A DNA stretch of 63,541 nt, the filler included, from Lenisia limosa (taxonomy: Eukaryota; Protista; Breviatea), in the NCBI GenBank assembly GCA_001655205.1. It is 10 parts of 10 records of this genome, joined end to end, with 100 filler letters (N's around TTAATTAATTAA, not from the genome) between each part and the next. Parts side by side here need not be neighbours in the genome. Positions count along the whole stretch, not along the records: positions 1 to 18,315 come from LPNZ01007100.1; 9 more parts are not named here. One strand, written 5' to 3'. The notes under the pieces were generated by a model. The model did not search any database. It saw nothing but the letters and a program-made list of their open reading frames with translations, and was not told the origin of the DNA. Positions 1-14,100 of this stretch are shown piece after piece; the stretch's first letter is position 1; the number at the start of each line of letters is the position of its first letter. The translations under genes and the position numbers were made by a program.

Positions 1-23
1 TGAAAGGGTGAAACGTTATAAGT

Positions 24-117
24 AGTGCTTCACTTCGGTTCGAAAAAGACCTTATAAATATCGATAGTTTTTCGAGGATTTATCGAGAAATTTTTTTCCA
101 ACTGAAGTGACACCCTA
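24..117. mobile_element. MITE family A copy (degenerate). Further degenerate copies near 27473, 31240, 35630, 36050, 37990, 43290, 49880, 52380, 60715, 62365 and 62480
   Basis: Shares the core CTTCACTTCGGTTCGAAAAA..ATATCGATAGTTTTCGAGGATTTATCGAGAAATT. Confidence 0.7.
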
Positions 118-134
118 GTTATTATACAGCATAC

Positions 135-1185
135 CTGAAGGGGGACCCGCAACCGGCCCGGGAACAATTTTCTTCCTCATGGGGGCTGAGTTCTTCGGCA
201 AAACTCCGGCCGCGTCTGTGATGTTAAGGGGGGGGGATATGAAATTTCTAAAAAAAACGCAAATCACCATTGTTGGGGAAACATTTAAGAAGTATACGTT
301 TTTTGTAAACAGCAAAGCTCAGCCATACCAGCGGGGGGAGGCATTTTCTGTCCCCGGTGTCTCGGGGGCTCCTGATGCGACACCGGTCCGGGAACAAGCC
401 GGCGGCCAAACCGGATCTGGGGGGGGGGTGATAAAAAAGGAACCCCCTCTAAAGTAAGTAATAATATATACAAAAAAAATAAAATACAAATAATATATTC
501 GATAAAAATACTCTGTTAACGTTTGAGAAACACACAACAAAGCCAAGGTCAGGGGGTGGGGGTGGTAATGGAGGCAATATAATGGTGGAGGGTTTATAGA
601 AGAGAAAACGAAAATACACACTCAGAGTTTCTGCAGAGGATTGCCGAATAAGTTGATATGGCGATATTTCATCTAATGCACCGTGTGAAGGTTAGGAATG
701 TAACTATCGTAAACTGCTTTCAATTGGATTCTATAGCATACACAAAATGGAATGTATGTAGAGGGTAAAACTGCGTGTCTTGAAATAAGCAACCACAGAA
801 GATAATACTGTTTAATCCAAAAACACACACTCTAAAAATTACAAAACAACCAGGCCCAATAGCAGGTATTGAACCCATCTTGTGCCAGAGATTCAGTTGA
901 GGAAGTTACAATTGCAGACATAAAAGGAAACAACAACGATTAGAGGAAAGGAAACTATTATACATGAACAAAAAGCATCCGAGAAACCATTACGAATCGG
1001 CTAAGTAAAGCCCTCTTCCACCCTCAAACGGTGGTATCAGCAGCAGCATCCAGGATAGGGTTACGGCTTTTCTGTGGGGTGATCTGCCCTCTTCTTGAGG
1101 AGGATGCGTTGTCGCCACCAATCTGATTCATGTTGGGCACAGTATAGGGCTTGGAACCACTTGATGTATCCCTTGGTGCGCCTAA
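135..1185 (-). CDS. Partial multi-exon gene, Pro-rich protein of unknown function (continues off the left edge)
   Basis: Exons ~1062-1182, 329-416 and 135-215 have AG/GT boundaries. The last two splice in frame to IRFGRRLVPGPVSHQEPPRHRGQKMPPPA-DAAGVLPKNSAPMRKKIVPGPVAGPPS (VPGPV motif twice). No family recognised. Confidence 0.5.
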
Positions 1186-2178
1186 AAATGATAAGTAAGC
1201 CGAGAAAGGGAAGAAGAAGAAGGGGAATAGAACTCGAGCAAACCAAAAGACGTGAAGTAACCTAGATTAATTTAGTTAAAACAATCAAATAGGACACAAA
1301 CCAATGCCAGATGTCGACATCTCGAAGAAAAAAAGGAAAGCGTTAGATAAATAGCAAATACAGCAACACAGTCAGGTGTTTCAGCAACTCTCTTGTTTCA
1401 AGTTTCTTTGAATTACCGTTTAATCCCCCTTTTATTTCTGGTTCTGTCTTCTCTAAATGTTTGAAAAATGTTGATATATATACTCATACCTGCGGGATTT
1501 ATATAGGTTCTTTGCTCTCTCCTAAAGGGCTTCCTTCTTCCTTTCTGTGGTCTTTTTCACTTCAGTCAGCTAAGTACTGATCGGTGACCGGATCAGGGAC
1601 ATTGTCATGATGTTTGCTTTATGTCATCGGTCATCGATTACGATCTTGGCGGTTCTTGTGGGACTTCTTATAACGTGTTGCTTTGGTTGGTTAAGGCTGT
1701 TTTTTTTTCATTAGGGCAATTCTGGGGCAATGCGATATGGCTTCTGTCCTAGTCACCTGCGACATTCATTTGAAATGCAGGAAAATAAGCCATAACAATT
1801 GGAGATTTATTATAGGCTTAAAAACTTGGACAGAACTCCAAATTTCCCATGCGCCCTCAACCTAAGGAGATATTGATAACCAGTCTCAGCAGCGTTAACC
1901 CCATGTGAGACAGTCTCATCTGCCGGCCTCTTGGTGGCCTGCTATGTGCGTGGGGTCGGTTGACGGATGGTTCTGTAAATCATATTGTATTGAGCAAGGC
2001 TTATCACGATCACTGTCATATACAGGGTCTATCTTGAGCCTTATTTAGGTTCCGAATAAAGGCTGAATTTTCAGTATATTATTTTCACGAAAATATCATT
2101 GGCCTCAAACTGAATAATGTTGGCAGGACTTCTCGATGTATGGAGAGACCGGCCGCATGTGCCACTACTCATGTAGCG

Positions 2179-5100
2179 ATGACTCCCAAGAGCCTACACA
2201 CTTCTCTTCTTTTTGTACTGGTCGGGGGCGGCTGGAACCTAATAATATATCGCTTATATGCAAATGACGAAGTTTGGTGGTACATAAGGCTGATATTTTT
2301 TAGACGAACTCACCCCAGACTTTGTTGGTTCTCTTGAATGTACAGGTTAGCACATTCATTGTAGAGCTTCAGTTTTGGTTCTAAAGATAGACTAAACTCT
2401 CTATAAACATTGACGTTTTTGCCGAAAATGAAGTTCACCTTTAAACTCGATACATTTTTAACGCTATTTGTAGTACCTCTGCAACCTGTTTACACGTTCG
2501 GTCAAACACCAGCAATTGCTTCATGTACCTCTGACGAAGTTGCGGTATGGGGTATTCAAGTCTTCATTAGATTGATTATCCAAAAAATGATACTTTTTTT
2601 TTGATAAGTTTTTGGTATTATTTGGAGCCTCAAGTCAATATCTGCTTCTCTTCTTATCTGAACCGCCCAGGCTGCCCGTCCCGGTGACACTTGTAACGTC
2701 ACGTGCCCGGCAGGATATTCCGGCGAGGAATCCAATATTACAATTCTCTCCAGTGGTCTCAGTATTGATCCAAATACTTGTGGACGTATGGGGCTGGTCA
2801 AATAACAGTTACACCATCTCTTCTTCCAAACTCACGCCCCAGCTGTCACTTCCAAAGCCCACCCTGCTGACCCTGCAACATGCAATGGCGCCAACTGGCA
2901 CACCGGGTATGCATCCAGAGAAGACGGACGTTGTTGGCAAATTGTCGATACAAATTGATTATGTTTTTGTGTGTTGGATCTGATTGGGGTGGATCTCATT
3001 TGCATAGGTGTGCAACCTCAACGAAAAACCTTTACCCAGCGCTGTATTGGCCAGCTAGTGTTGCCGGCTTTGCCCCTGACTATCTTGGTTCGTGGATATG
3101 GCCAATCTAGAAACCTTTTGTCTCTTGGGTGCTTAACTTTTTGCCGCTGTTTTGGTGAACAGTATATTCTCATCCACAAATATCTTCAGCCGTTTCCTCT
3201 TTTAGACCAGCCTTCTGACCCTTTAGCATCAGCCACTGCTGTTGAGGTTACCATCTCAAACTGCGAACAGCTGAAACTGGGTTCAGTGACCCAGTCCGGC
3301 CCCTTGATCCTCACCCTTGGAAATGACATTTCGTGCTCGGGCGAAACCTTTGATGTGGGCGGGACTAGATTTCGATTAACTTATGATTCATCAGAGATTT
3401 TCAAGCTTTTTCATCAGAGGTTCAACCCATCGATTTTTTGTGTTATCTTTTATCAAACGGGGGTCTTATGACCAATAGCAAGCGTGGCTTAAGTACTGAT
3501 TTTGTGTTACAAATCTCTTGATTTTTTTACTCTCTTCACAGACCCCCATTGTGGTGACACAGCCGCTCACAATTCACGGTCGCGGGTACACGATTAGTGG
3601 TCTAACTGCCTCGCCAAACGGCGCCTCCGGCAACTCGGGACTGTTCAAGGTCACCCAGATGNNNNNNNNNNNNNNNNNNNNNNNNNNNNNNNNNNNNNNN
3701 NNNNNNNNNNNNNNNNNNNNNNNNNNNNNNNNNNNNNNNNNNNNNNNNNNNNNNNNNNNNNNNNNNNNNNNNNNNNNNNNNNNNNNNNNNNNNNNNNNNN
3801 NNNNNNNNNNNNNNNCATTACTCGCCAATTTTCTCTTTTCTTATTGTTTCAGTGAATTGCCCCTCCAAAATCTGCAGTTTATTTGAAAGTAGCGGTGCGG
3901 CTGTTCAGGTTTGTTCGCTCCCAACCATTGCAAACATAATAGTTTGGACGACTTTATCCTACAACTTAATGTCCAAGCGTGGTTTTGGACGGCTTCATCC
4001 TACAACTTAATGTCCAAGCGTGGCTTATGTGATATTTCATATGATATGCACACTGTATTATTGGTGAATACTTAATCCGGCGTATTAGTGGTTTGAATTA
4101 ATCTGGCAGTGGGCAGTCTTCCGTTATGTCACCTTCATCAACCCTATCATTGCTACCACGCACTACACTGCCTCCGCGTCTCTTTTACTTGCTACAACTG
4201 ATGACGAGTATGGGACAATCATGGACGTTGTCAGTAAGGATGTCAAAAACTGAAACTGGGTTGTACAAAAGGGAGGTGGCCTCCCCTCATTTACTCCCCT
4301 ATTTTATGCAGTGTCTCTACCAAAATTTGCCTTTTTTGGATTGACAACCCGTCCCAACCAAACCCATCTTTTCACCCACTGGATCATTTTCACAACCTTC
4401 TTTGCTTCACTGTGTTACCGTCACAGTTATTCGACTACCACATTTGCGTTCTTTGTTGAGTATGTATCTGTCACTGGAGGGACTGTAAGTGCCTCAGACA
4501 GCTCCGGGGTTTGGGGGGTAGTAGAGGGGTTTGGGGGAGGGTACTTTGTGGCTTAGGGGAAGCACGGATTCTTGACATAGTTTCACGTTTTCCAGGCATA
4601 TTTCACTGGACTTATTGATACCCCTCGAATTGGCCAAGGCTGCACCATCGTGTTTTCCCGCGTTGATCTCGATATTGTGGGTGGATGGATGGATTTCCCT
4701 CACCTTTACTTCTCCAACAGGATTAGAGAGTCGCTGTCGGTATTATCGATTGTCTTTTATGAGAAATAAAAGGGCACATAAGTATTTCTCGAAACTTTGG
4801 TGTTTCTAATTCCGAGCAGACATTCGCAAATAAAATGCTTTCCATTACTGGCCTCTTTGGTTCGCTCTATATGTCCAGCTACAAGGCACCAACAGACTTA
4901 GTGTCATCCAAAGTTGCCCGTGTTACTGACTGCTCCGTTACCATCACAACAGCGGTGGGCTGGCATCATTGTCTTGATATCAGACTAATTGGAGAACCTC
5001 AGGTTGCTCATACTTATACATAGTATACTATGTATATCTATGAATATCAGCACAATACCGCCCAATTTTTGTATTCTGCTGGCTAATCCCATCCAGGAAA

Positions 5101-8100
5101 GACAAAGTTTCGTCAGTGGCATTACAGACATGGTGCAGGTCGACACTTTTGAGATCTACAATGTTTATGTCAAAATGGTTGAAACTGCCGTGCCTACAGG
5201 CCTATCCGAGCCGAGGGTCAATGGGTATGCAGAGCGTGCATATGATATCTGTTTTTCTTTTATGCGGATCCTTATTTAGTCCTCATTATATCGAGCTTTA
5301 CTGCAAAATAAACTCTTGAGAGCTTCACTTACTCCACTCTTTGCCAACAGCAAAATAAGCCTTTGAGTTAACATTGAAGCAAGGTTCATTTCGACGATTA
5401 TGACTTGTTATTTCCTTTGTCCCATTTATACATATTAGTACTTGCGTTCACCCATCACAGCTTGATGAATAACTTCTTCGAAGTCTATGACCGAAAGGCC
5501 CTTTTCATCGAAAATGTCCATGTTGAAATGAAGGTTTGCGAGGCGGACTATGGGATTATTGAGTACACACGCAGAGAGGTGTTTCATAAACTGTATTATA
5601 AATTATTCAGTCGTAAATAGATTTCCTAGATAACCACCTCTCGTCTTGGTGTAACCAAAGTGAAGCTTTACTGCAATCTAATCCTTGAAGATGAAGAAAT
5701 GTGGGCGCATTGCTGGCCTTGGTAGCGCCATATCCACACCCTTTACAGTGGGCTCTGGGGAGGGGGGAGTGGGAATCACTAGTTCTTATGAATTACAAGT
5801 TGCTCTTCTGATCCAAAAAACCAAATAAAATGTGATGAATGTACAAAAATAATACTAATTATTAATATGCCTGTACTGAGGCCCAAAACTTCAGCTTCAT
5901 TTCAGGACAAAATAGACAGTTAGTATGTACATATCGAGGTGGATCGATGATTATCGAAGTTTCAGTCTTTGGAAAGAAGTGGAGCTCAGTTGAGTGTCGG
6001 TAATAGCGCTTCATTCAGTCTGCCGCTCTATTAGATACATGAGCTTTACAACAATGTCCCTGGACTAACCACTCTATAGCTCTCCAATTTTTCTGTCGAT
6101 GTTCAGTGTGATGATGTGTTTTCTTCAAACTATGTACGCAGTAAGGGTGGGAAGCTGTAAGAGTGGGAAGCTGTAAGGGACGTGGGAGGGGACATGAAAT
6201 AGCTTCTATTACCACTTTAGTTCTATGGAACTGGGAACGTGAAAGGTGAGGGCTACATCCCCAGCATTGCCACCAAGGTCCGAATCAATCTGAAGCATGC
6301 TCCGGTGTAGGCGGCTGGATTCTCCCTTGGTGTTTGGATTCTTCCCTTTGGTCCTGAGAACAGAAATACTACACATCACCAGATTGTCCTCCGGTGTGGA
6401 TTCATATTTGACTTTTACCAATACCTCTTTCAAGAGTGGTGTGGATGGCTTCGGCCAAATAGCCTTTTTTCATATTTGTCACCCCGCAGTACTACGCATG
6501 TTGTGCACCCTCTTGGCCTCATGAGTGGCCACCCTAGCTTCTGGGAAGGTGTCCATATCACTGGCTCTGTGCATGACCCCTATTACTATGCTGGTGGGGA
6601 GGCACTTAGAAAGCTGTGTGCACAGAGTTGTAAGACAAATTATTGGGTGAACTATTCTACTCTAATCCAGTATCTCTTATAAGCGTGATGTGGACGGCTT
6701 CGGCCAGATTGGTGGGTTGTAAGGAATTATACTCTGATCCAAGCGTATTCTATTTGAGTTAACCAACTCCGCAGTGTTCCAATGGTTAGGCGCATCCACG
6801 CACAGTTACGGCGAATGGCTGGCTGAAAAACATATTGTGGGGGCGGTGTCTACTTCAAGGCTATCAATTTCCATTAATACACGAGTTTTGCTGACCTCTC
6901 GCAGATTCGCGGCTTGATCAATGAGCAAGTGGTTACAGAAGCACACGCGAGTAACACTGCGGCGCTTGCGTTGTAAGTGGGGCTTCCCCGGCGGTCCAAT
7001 ATCGGGAGTTGTAGAACCCCAATCATTCTTTACCACACCGCTGTTCAGCTTCAATTGCCCCTTTCATCGGTATCTGTTTCGTTTGCCCACCCAACCTTTC
7101 AGGAATCAACAGTACACCAAGGGCTTTGTCAAGGACTCTATTCTCAGCCTTCCAGTCCCCCGTCCTCAGCTCTCCAACACCTATGATTAGTGGGCTAAGG
7201 ATTGGATTATCGGTTTACTACATTTAATATTTTAATTGTAATGGTGTGGACGGTTTTGGCCAGATACAATTCTTATTTCATGGGTAGGTAAGAGCTAAAA
7301 TAGCTCTCCCTCCGCTCTAAGATACGTATATTTGATGAGGATTACTGAATACAACCCCCCCCCCCCCCNNNNNNNNNNNNNNNNNNNNNNNNNNNNNNNN
7401 NNNNNNNNNNNNNNNNNNNNNNNNTGATTTTGCCTTTGTCAACCTCCACATGATTGGCAACATGCCGTCTAATGACCCCACTGTGCCTGAGATCCTCCAG
7501 GTAACTGTGACACTTGTGCTATTGTTTTTGTATATTTGTGATATACGACTTAAATGAAAAACGATGGCATGTGGAAAATGATATATGTTATAATATACAA
7601 TTTTCCATGAGGTATGATGAACTGGGCCGACCCCTCTTTATTGACCAACTTCAGCTCCACACTGGCCTTGCCGCCCTGCGTACCAAAATGGCTGAACAAT
7701 GGTACCTTGATTTCTTTGATGCTGTTATGCAATGGGTGGGTGTAAACGTCTTTGTGGTCTTTCTCACTTGTATGTGTCAGGTTCCCTAACCCCCCATGAT
7801 TCTGATTTTTGGATTATTTTGTTTTGTGCTGAGTGACTCTTTACCAAGATTTTAACTCGAAACAGGGCTTCAGCCGGAGAGCTGATGGGAGCTACTTCAT
7901 TCCAACAGGTTTGGTCATAGTTGTTTCACAGTACACATATGATATCCTCTACTATATAAGCTAATGTACTTTGACTTAACTCCCCTTACACATTATATCA
8001 TATGATACGACTTTTATGAGTGTGGGTTTTCTGAACCCCCCCCCCCCAGACTGTGGAGTGTCAGCAGGGTCCTTCACGCCTCTCACGACCAGTTGTGATG

Positions 8101-11100
8101 GCGACTTCATGTCAACGTGTTCCGTTACACACTGTCCTGTTGACACTCTAAAGGTTACTGAATGTAGGCATGTGTGATGGTGTCGCCTTACAAAATGGTT
8201 GGATTCTTGAATAACCTTCCATAGTCGCAACCAAGCCCTGGTTGATCCTGTTGGCTCATAATTAAACAACTAATTACTGAACCATTTTCAACCTAATCCC
8301 CGCAGCACCCCTGTCTTGTGACTCTACAGATGCGAATCGCCAGTCTCACCATTGTGTCGACCACGGTGGGTTCATCGGATCACCAGATGCTGTTTTACAT
8401 ATGATGTTTATGTAATATAATTATGATATGATATATTGACAAGTTCTAATCCCTACTTCTTTCTCATGTCGGGAAGATTCACAAGTTAATGGAGAATTCG
8501 ATCTTTTTGTACTGAAATGAATCCCTATTGTGTGAACCTCTTCTATTTGATCTCGCAGCCTGCAACACCCCTCCGTCAACGGCAGACTTCTCTATCACCT
8601 GTGACAACACGGACCACAACATCTTCTGTCGAGTCGCGTGCAAGGCGGGGTACAAAGTATGTGTCGAGTTACTCGGCGAATCATTGGGTTCTACCAATAT
8701 TTCTAATGTATATTATTTCTCTTGTTACCAATACCAATATCTAGGCTTCACTCCCATCCAGAAAATGAATAAATCTCTAAGTAAATCATCGATTCGAGAG
8801 CTTACTAAGCCTTTTTGTAACGGACCAAAATATCAAAAAGTGTACTGTGTGGATGGCTTCGGCCAGATACTCTCTTAGCGTTAAAATTATTACTTGTCTT
8901 GCTCCAAGGTTGATGGCAGTGATTTGAATGATCTCTTTTGGGTATTATCTTTTATCTTGGCGCAGTTTACATTGTAGCAAAGAGCTGGAGTGTTCTGTGC
9001 TCCTAATGGATCCTGGAGCACGACTTTTGAAGACTATTGCGAACGTATTTGGTTTCTTCTGGTTCCCTGAGTTTTCATGCTGCACTTTGAATGTTAAAGC
9101 GTATAATCATATGATATTTTTTCTTTCTCTGAAGTCCCATCAAAACAGTGCCTCTCTCATCATTATTGCCTTGCCTTCTTCTCTCATCATCGTTATCATC
9201 GTTAACTTGCCTCCTCTCTCATCATCGTTGCCTTGCCTTCCTCAGCCACCCCCTAGCTGTCAGTTGTCCTGAGTTTTCTCTCAGCCACGCGAACCTCAGC
9301 TGTGACTCCGAGGTTTGTGCAGTGGCACGGAAACCAAACTTGTTATATATTCTTGATAATGAATCGCGTCGGTTTCTCAAGTGTATGATATGATATTTTG
9401 TTAGTTCCTTCCCCCTTTTTTCATTATTAGCTTTTCTGTGAAAAAAATAATGAAAATCAGGGAAGATTTTTTCATCTTCAAGCAACTTTGGCTAGCCCCT
9501 CCCTATCAGAGATTAAGGGTATTTTACAACTTTTTACAGAACCCGACTGAGCTGTCTTCCTGCACGATGTCTTGCGAAGGTCTCTACAGCCCCTCAACAA
9601 CCTTCCCGTTCTCCTGTACTGGCGGCGCGTGGCCTGCCGTCAGCTGCATCGGTTGGTGGCTTCCATCAATTAAAACACAATGATTCATTTGGTTCTAAAA
9701 GTGATAACTCGTCAACGTGAGTCTTCGACCTGAACCGGATGAAGCTCTGCTGACATGTTTCGCAGCAATAACTCATATTATATCATAATATTGTTCGAAG
9801 CCGGCTTTATAGTATCTTATCCTTTTCAGCAATGAGTTGCCCTGCGATTGACTTTAAAAACGGGACCCTTGACTGCACTTCTGTAGGAGAGGGTCTCATT
9901 TGGGATTTTTTTGCATTTAGTTTTAACTCCAACAAATTGATTTTGCTCTGATTCAAGCCCTTCCACCCCATTTCACCCTTCAGCCCACCGTCGAATCCAG
10001 CTGCCCTGTGGTTTGCAATGAAGGCTACATTGCTGACATTGCTGCTACCAACTGCTCAACAGGGAATTGGAGTGTACCTTCCTGCTCGCGTGGGATCATT
10101 GGAAAAGACTTAGCACAACCCTTCCATTTACCCCCCCCCCCTTTTGGACAAATATATTACCTTTATGATGTTTGGAACCTTCTTCATAACATTTATGCTG
10201 CTTTTATCGATCTTTCTCCCATTGACCCTGTAGCCAAGTCATGCCCTGAGCTTCCAGTTATCCCTGATGGGTTTGTCACTTGTCAAAATGTTTGGGGGCT
10301 ATTCAAATATACACCTCTTCGCTCTATTAGTACAAGATACAACAACAACATGGATACAAGACATAGAGTTAGAGTTACCAGACTATCATGACGCCGCCGC
10401 CCCTCCCTTCTCCCAACAGCCACTGTGCAATCTATCTCACTGAACCCTTTCGGTTCTTCTATCTGAATTTCCGATATTATCGACATTATTGTCTGGACCG
10501 TAACCGCAGCAGGCATCAGTGGAATCTCTTTGCAACGTGACATGTGTCGACACGCACACACCGTCACTGGCCTCCATCGGGTGCACTGACGGCTCGGCCT
10601 GGCAAGGTGTCACGTGCGATGGTGGGAGGGAGGCATAATTTGTGTTTGGGCATATAGAAGTGAGAGGAATGTTGCCTTGGGGTTTTATGCTTGCTGAATG
10701 CTGTGTGCCGAGTTTGAAGGCACATAATTGGTTGAATCAATAGTATTGCCACACACTCTTTAAAACGTGATTTTGTGGACGACTTTGTCGATATAACCTG
10801 TATGTTCTCCATATTGACACTCTGTAGTGAGACAGTGCCCTACAGTAGTACAACCCGCAAATGGAACGTTGACAGGATGTGATGGGGTGGGCTGAGGGTA
10901 GGTGCTTTTTCAAGCTCATGTATTGAAAGATTACAAATCATAGTACGTGACATATCATAGCTTGTCATACAACAAGAATATGAGAGTTTAGTTTTATGAG
11001 ACAGCTCACCCCCCCCCCCNNNNNNNNNNNNNNNNNNNNNNNNNNNNNNNNNNNNNNNNNNNNNNNNNNNNNNNNNNNNNNNNNNNNNNNNNNNNNNNNN

Positions 11101-14100
11101 NNNNNNNNNNNNNNNNNATATCAGGTTTGGCACATGGCAATAATCACGAAAGAAATCACATCTAATATTATTATAATACGTTTTTCACTGTGGTACAAAA
11201 CGGTGATTGAAGTATACCTGCTTTGGTTTTTGTGCCCAGGTAGATTTTATTTAACCTCTGCAGGTACGCTGGAGTGATGGGATGCTGNNNNNNNNNNNNN
11301 NNNNNNNNNNNNNNNNNNNNNNNNNNNNNNNNNNNNNNNNNNNNNNNNNNNNNNNNNNNNNNNNNNNNNNNNNNNNNNNNNNNNNNNNNNNNNNNNNNNN
11401 NNNNNNNNNNNNNNNNNNNNNNNNNNNNNNNNNNNNNNNNNNNNNNNNNNNNNNNNNNNNNNNNNNNNNNNNNNNNNNNNNNNNNNNNNNNNNNNNNNNN
11501 NNGCATTCGTAAGGGGGATGAAGAATATCACTGTTAGGGAGTATTACAAAACGAGATGATAGTCTATCACGCTTCTCTTGTCCCATCTCAGTCAAAAGCG
11601 TGGATTTGGTCTCACTCACATCTAGCCTACGACTGCCCTGCAATCCCCTCAATTGACCACGGCCTGATTAACTGCTCTTCAGTGGGGGAAGGGTCAATAA
11701 CTGAACGTTTCCCAAGCAATGGTGGACTTCTTTATCCTATTTAATAGAGCATATTGCGTATTATCGAAATTTCGTCTTCGTGTAATTAATAAGCATAGTA
11801 TTTGAACATTCGATCTCCCCTTAATGCATTCATTTGATTCACAAAATATCACCCTCTAGAACGCCACTATCCTTGACCGGTGCCCAGTGGAGTGTGACGA
11901 GTTCTACACCGCGTCGATAGCCGAGGTGGCCTGTCCAGCCACTGTCTGGGAGTCTGCGCTGTGTGTGCGTATGTGGGGCTTGCAATCCTGTATTTCTCGG
12001 CATTTCTCATCTGAAACAAGACCAGACATGTTTTCAGTAGAATTATGTGGAATCGCTGAATTCGGAATCAATCCCGCTTTTGGTTCCCATAAAAGACTGG
12101 TTTCTTTAATTCTCAATACGATCAATTCCTTGGACACCGTTTTCTGCACACCTCCGCAGCCTGTCATTTTCCAATTCACCTTTTCAACCCTCAGCCGACA
12201 AGTGTCCTGCCCAACCCTCAGCAGCCAACGCCACTTTGACTTGCCCCAAGGCCGAGGTCTGGGGGGGGCATATTTCCAACGTTTGAAGAATCATCCATCT
12301 GCCTCTCTATTTATGCCGCTCTTATTAGACAGAAGACGACGCATAATGACGAGTGCACCTATGTCTGTGACGACTTCTACCATGCCACCACACCCACGAA
12401 TGTATCGTGCCCCGGCCTGGTCTGGGATACCATCAACTGCGAACGTGGGGGGCGGGTGGATTCAATCATATTATTTCCTATGAGGAGCACATTTTGTTTC
12501 GTTCATTTCTGTGTTGGGTTGTATTCTTATTTTCCTCCAGCCGACTTGTGCCCAACAGTTCCGACTATTCCAAACGGGTCAATTAACTGCACTGTAAGCA
12601 TGGAGGGCGGGATTTCCTGCGCTAAAGCAGAATAACCCCTAATCCGTCCTACACTCAGTCTTTATGACATCGCAGAACGCCACTATCCTTGACCGGTGTA
12701 CAGTGGAGTGTGACGAGTTCTACACCGCGTCGGTAGCCGAGGTGGCCTGTCCAGCCACTGTCTGGGAGTCTGCGCTGTGTGTGCGTATGTGGGGCTTTCG
12801 TCCTACCCCCAAGCTTCGGGCTTCACTTCGGTTCGAATAATACCAGCAAAATATTGATAATTTTCGAGGAATTATCGAGAAATTCAGTCTTTTTTTGAAC
12901 TAGAGCTTTATTATGGTTCCAAAAGTGGAACAAAGGAACACTGTTTTTTGAGAGTAGAGGCATTTTAGTGGCAGATTAGATCCCCACAATTCACCATTCC
13001 AACCCTTCAGCCGACAGGTGTCCTGCCCAGCCCTCAGCTGCCAACGCCACTTTGACTTGCCCCAAGGCTGNNNNNNNNNNNNNNNNNNNNNNNNNNNNNN
13101 NNNNNNNNNNNNNNNNNNNNNNNNNNNNNNNNNNNNNNNNNNNNNNNNNNNNNNNNCCGGATACAACCTTGTTTTTTATTTCTCATTGCGGTGTCATCTA
13201 GTCGAAAACTATTATCCATACTTTTTGTTATTGCTTTAGATTGTCTAGCATTCCAACACTTGTCTTTGGAACAAAGGGTGATTCTCTAAATACATATCAT
13301 ATATTATCATATACTATAATATATATATATGCATGTGTATCCATTACAATATTATCCTCAAGCTCTTGGTCCGTTCTCTTATTAGTCAGAAGACGACGCA
13401 TGAGGACGAGTGCACCTATGTCTGTGACGACTTCTACCATGCCACCACACCCACGAATGTATCGTGTCCCGGCCTGGTCTGGGATACCATCAACTGCGAA
13501 CGTGGGGGGCGGGGTAGCAATTTGAACCAAATCATCCTTGAAAAGCAGAAAGATGCCTTCTCAATTACTCCAGGTCTATCCATATTTAGCCTGAAATTGA
13601 CCCTTGTTTCTTTCGATTCACACTATTACTTTTTTGCTGTTAACACACGTCTGCCTTTATCAAGTATTGTGCATAGAGTTGATTGTGTTGCCCTTTACTA
13701 AGCCCTCCATAGCCGACACCTGTGCTGATCTGCCTGACATTCCGCATGGATCCGTCAACTGCTCCTCTCCAGTGAGACTAACAAAAGCAGCCTAGGAAGT
13801 AACCTTCGTTCTTTCCTCTCACCCCCCAGAACGCCACTATCTTTGACCGGTGTACAGTGGAGTGTGACGAGTTCTACACTGCGTCGGTAGCCGAGGTGGC
13901 CTGTCCAGCCACTGTCTGGAGTAACTCGTCTTGTCAGGGTAAATGGGCAGGGATACGTGGTACCAGAAGACTGAATTATTGATGAAGATCTATAAATATA
14001 GGGAAGATGCCACTCCAACCCCATCAAATGATAGTATGGTTTGTGCAAAAATTGATCATAGTCATTGTGTTNNNNNNNNNNNNNNNNNNNNNNNNNNNNN

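Noticed and set aside
2971-3471. 166-aa ORF as a stand-alone gene
   Set aside because: It reads through introns by chance; only 3206-3355 fits the spliced product.
11860-13950. Near-identical repeats separated by unique sequence as a CRISPR-like array
   Set aside because: The repeats are ~60-115-nt coding exons with GT/AG ends encoding Sushi-like modules; there are no cas genes and the context is eukaryotic.
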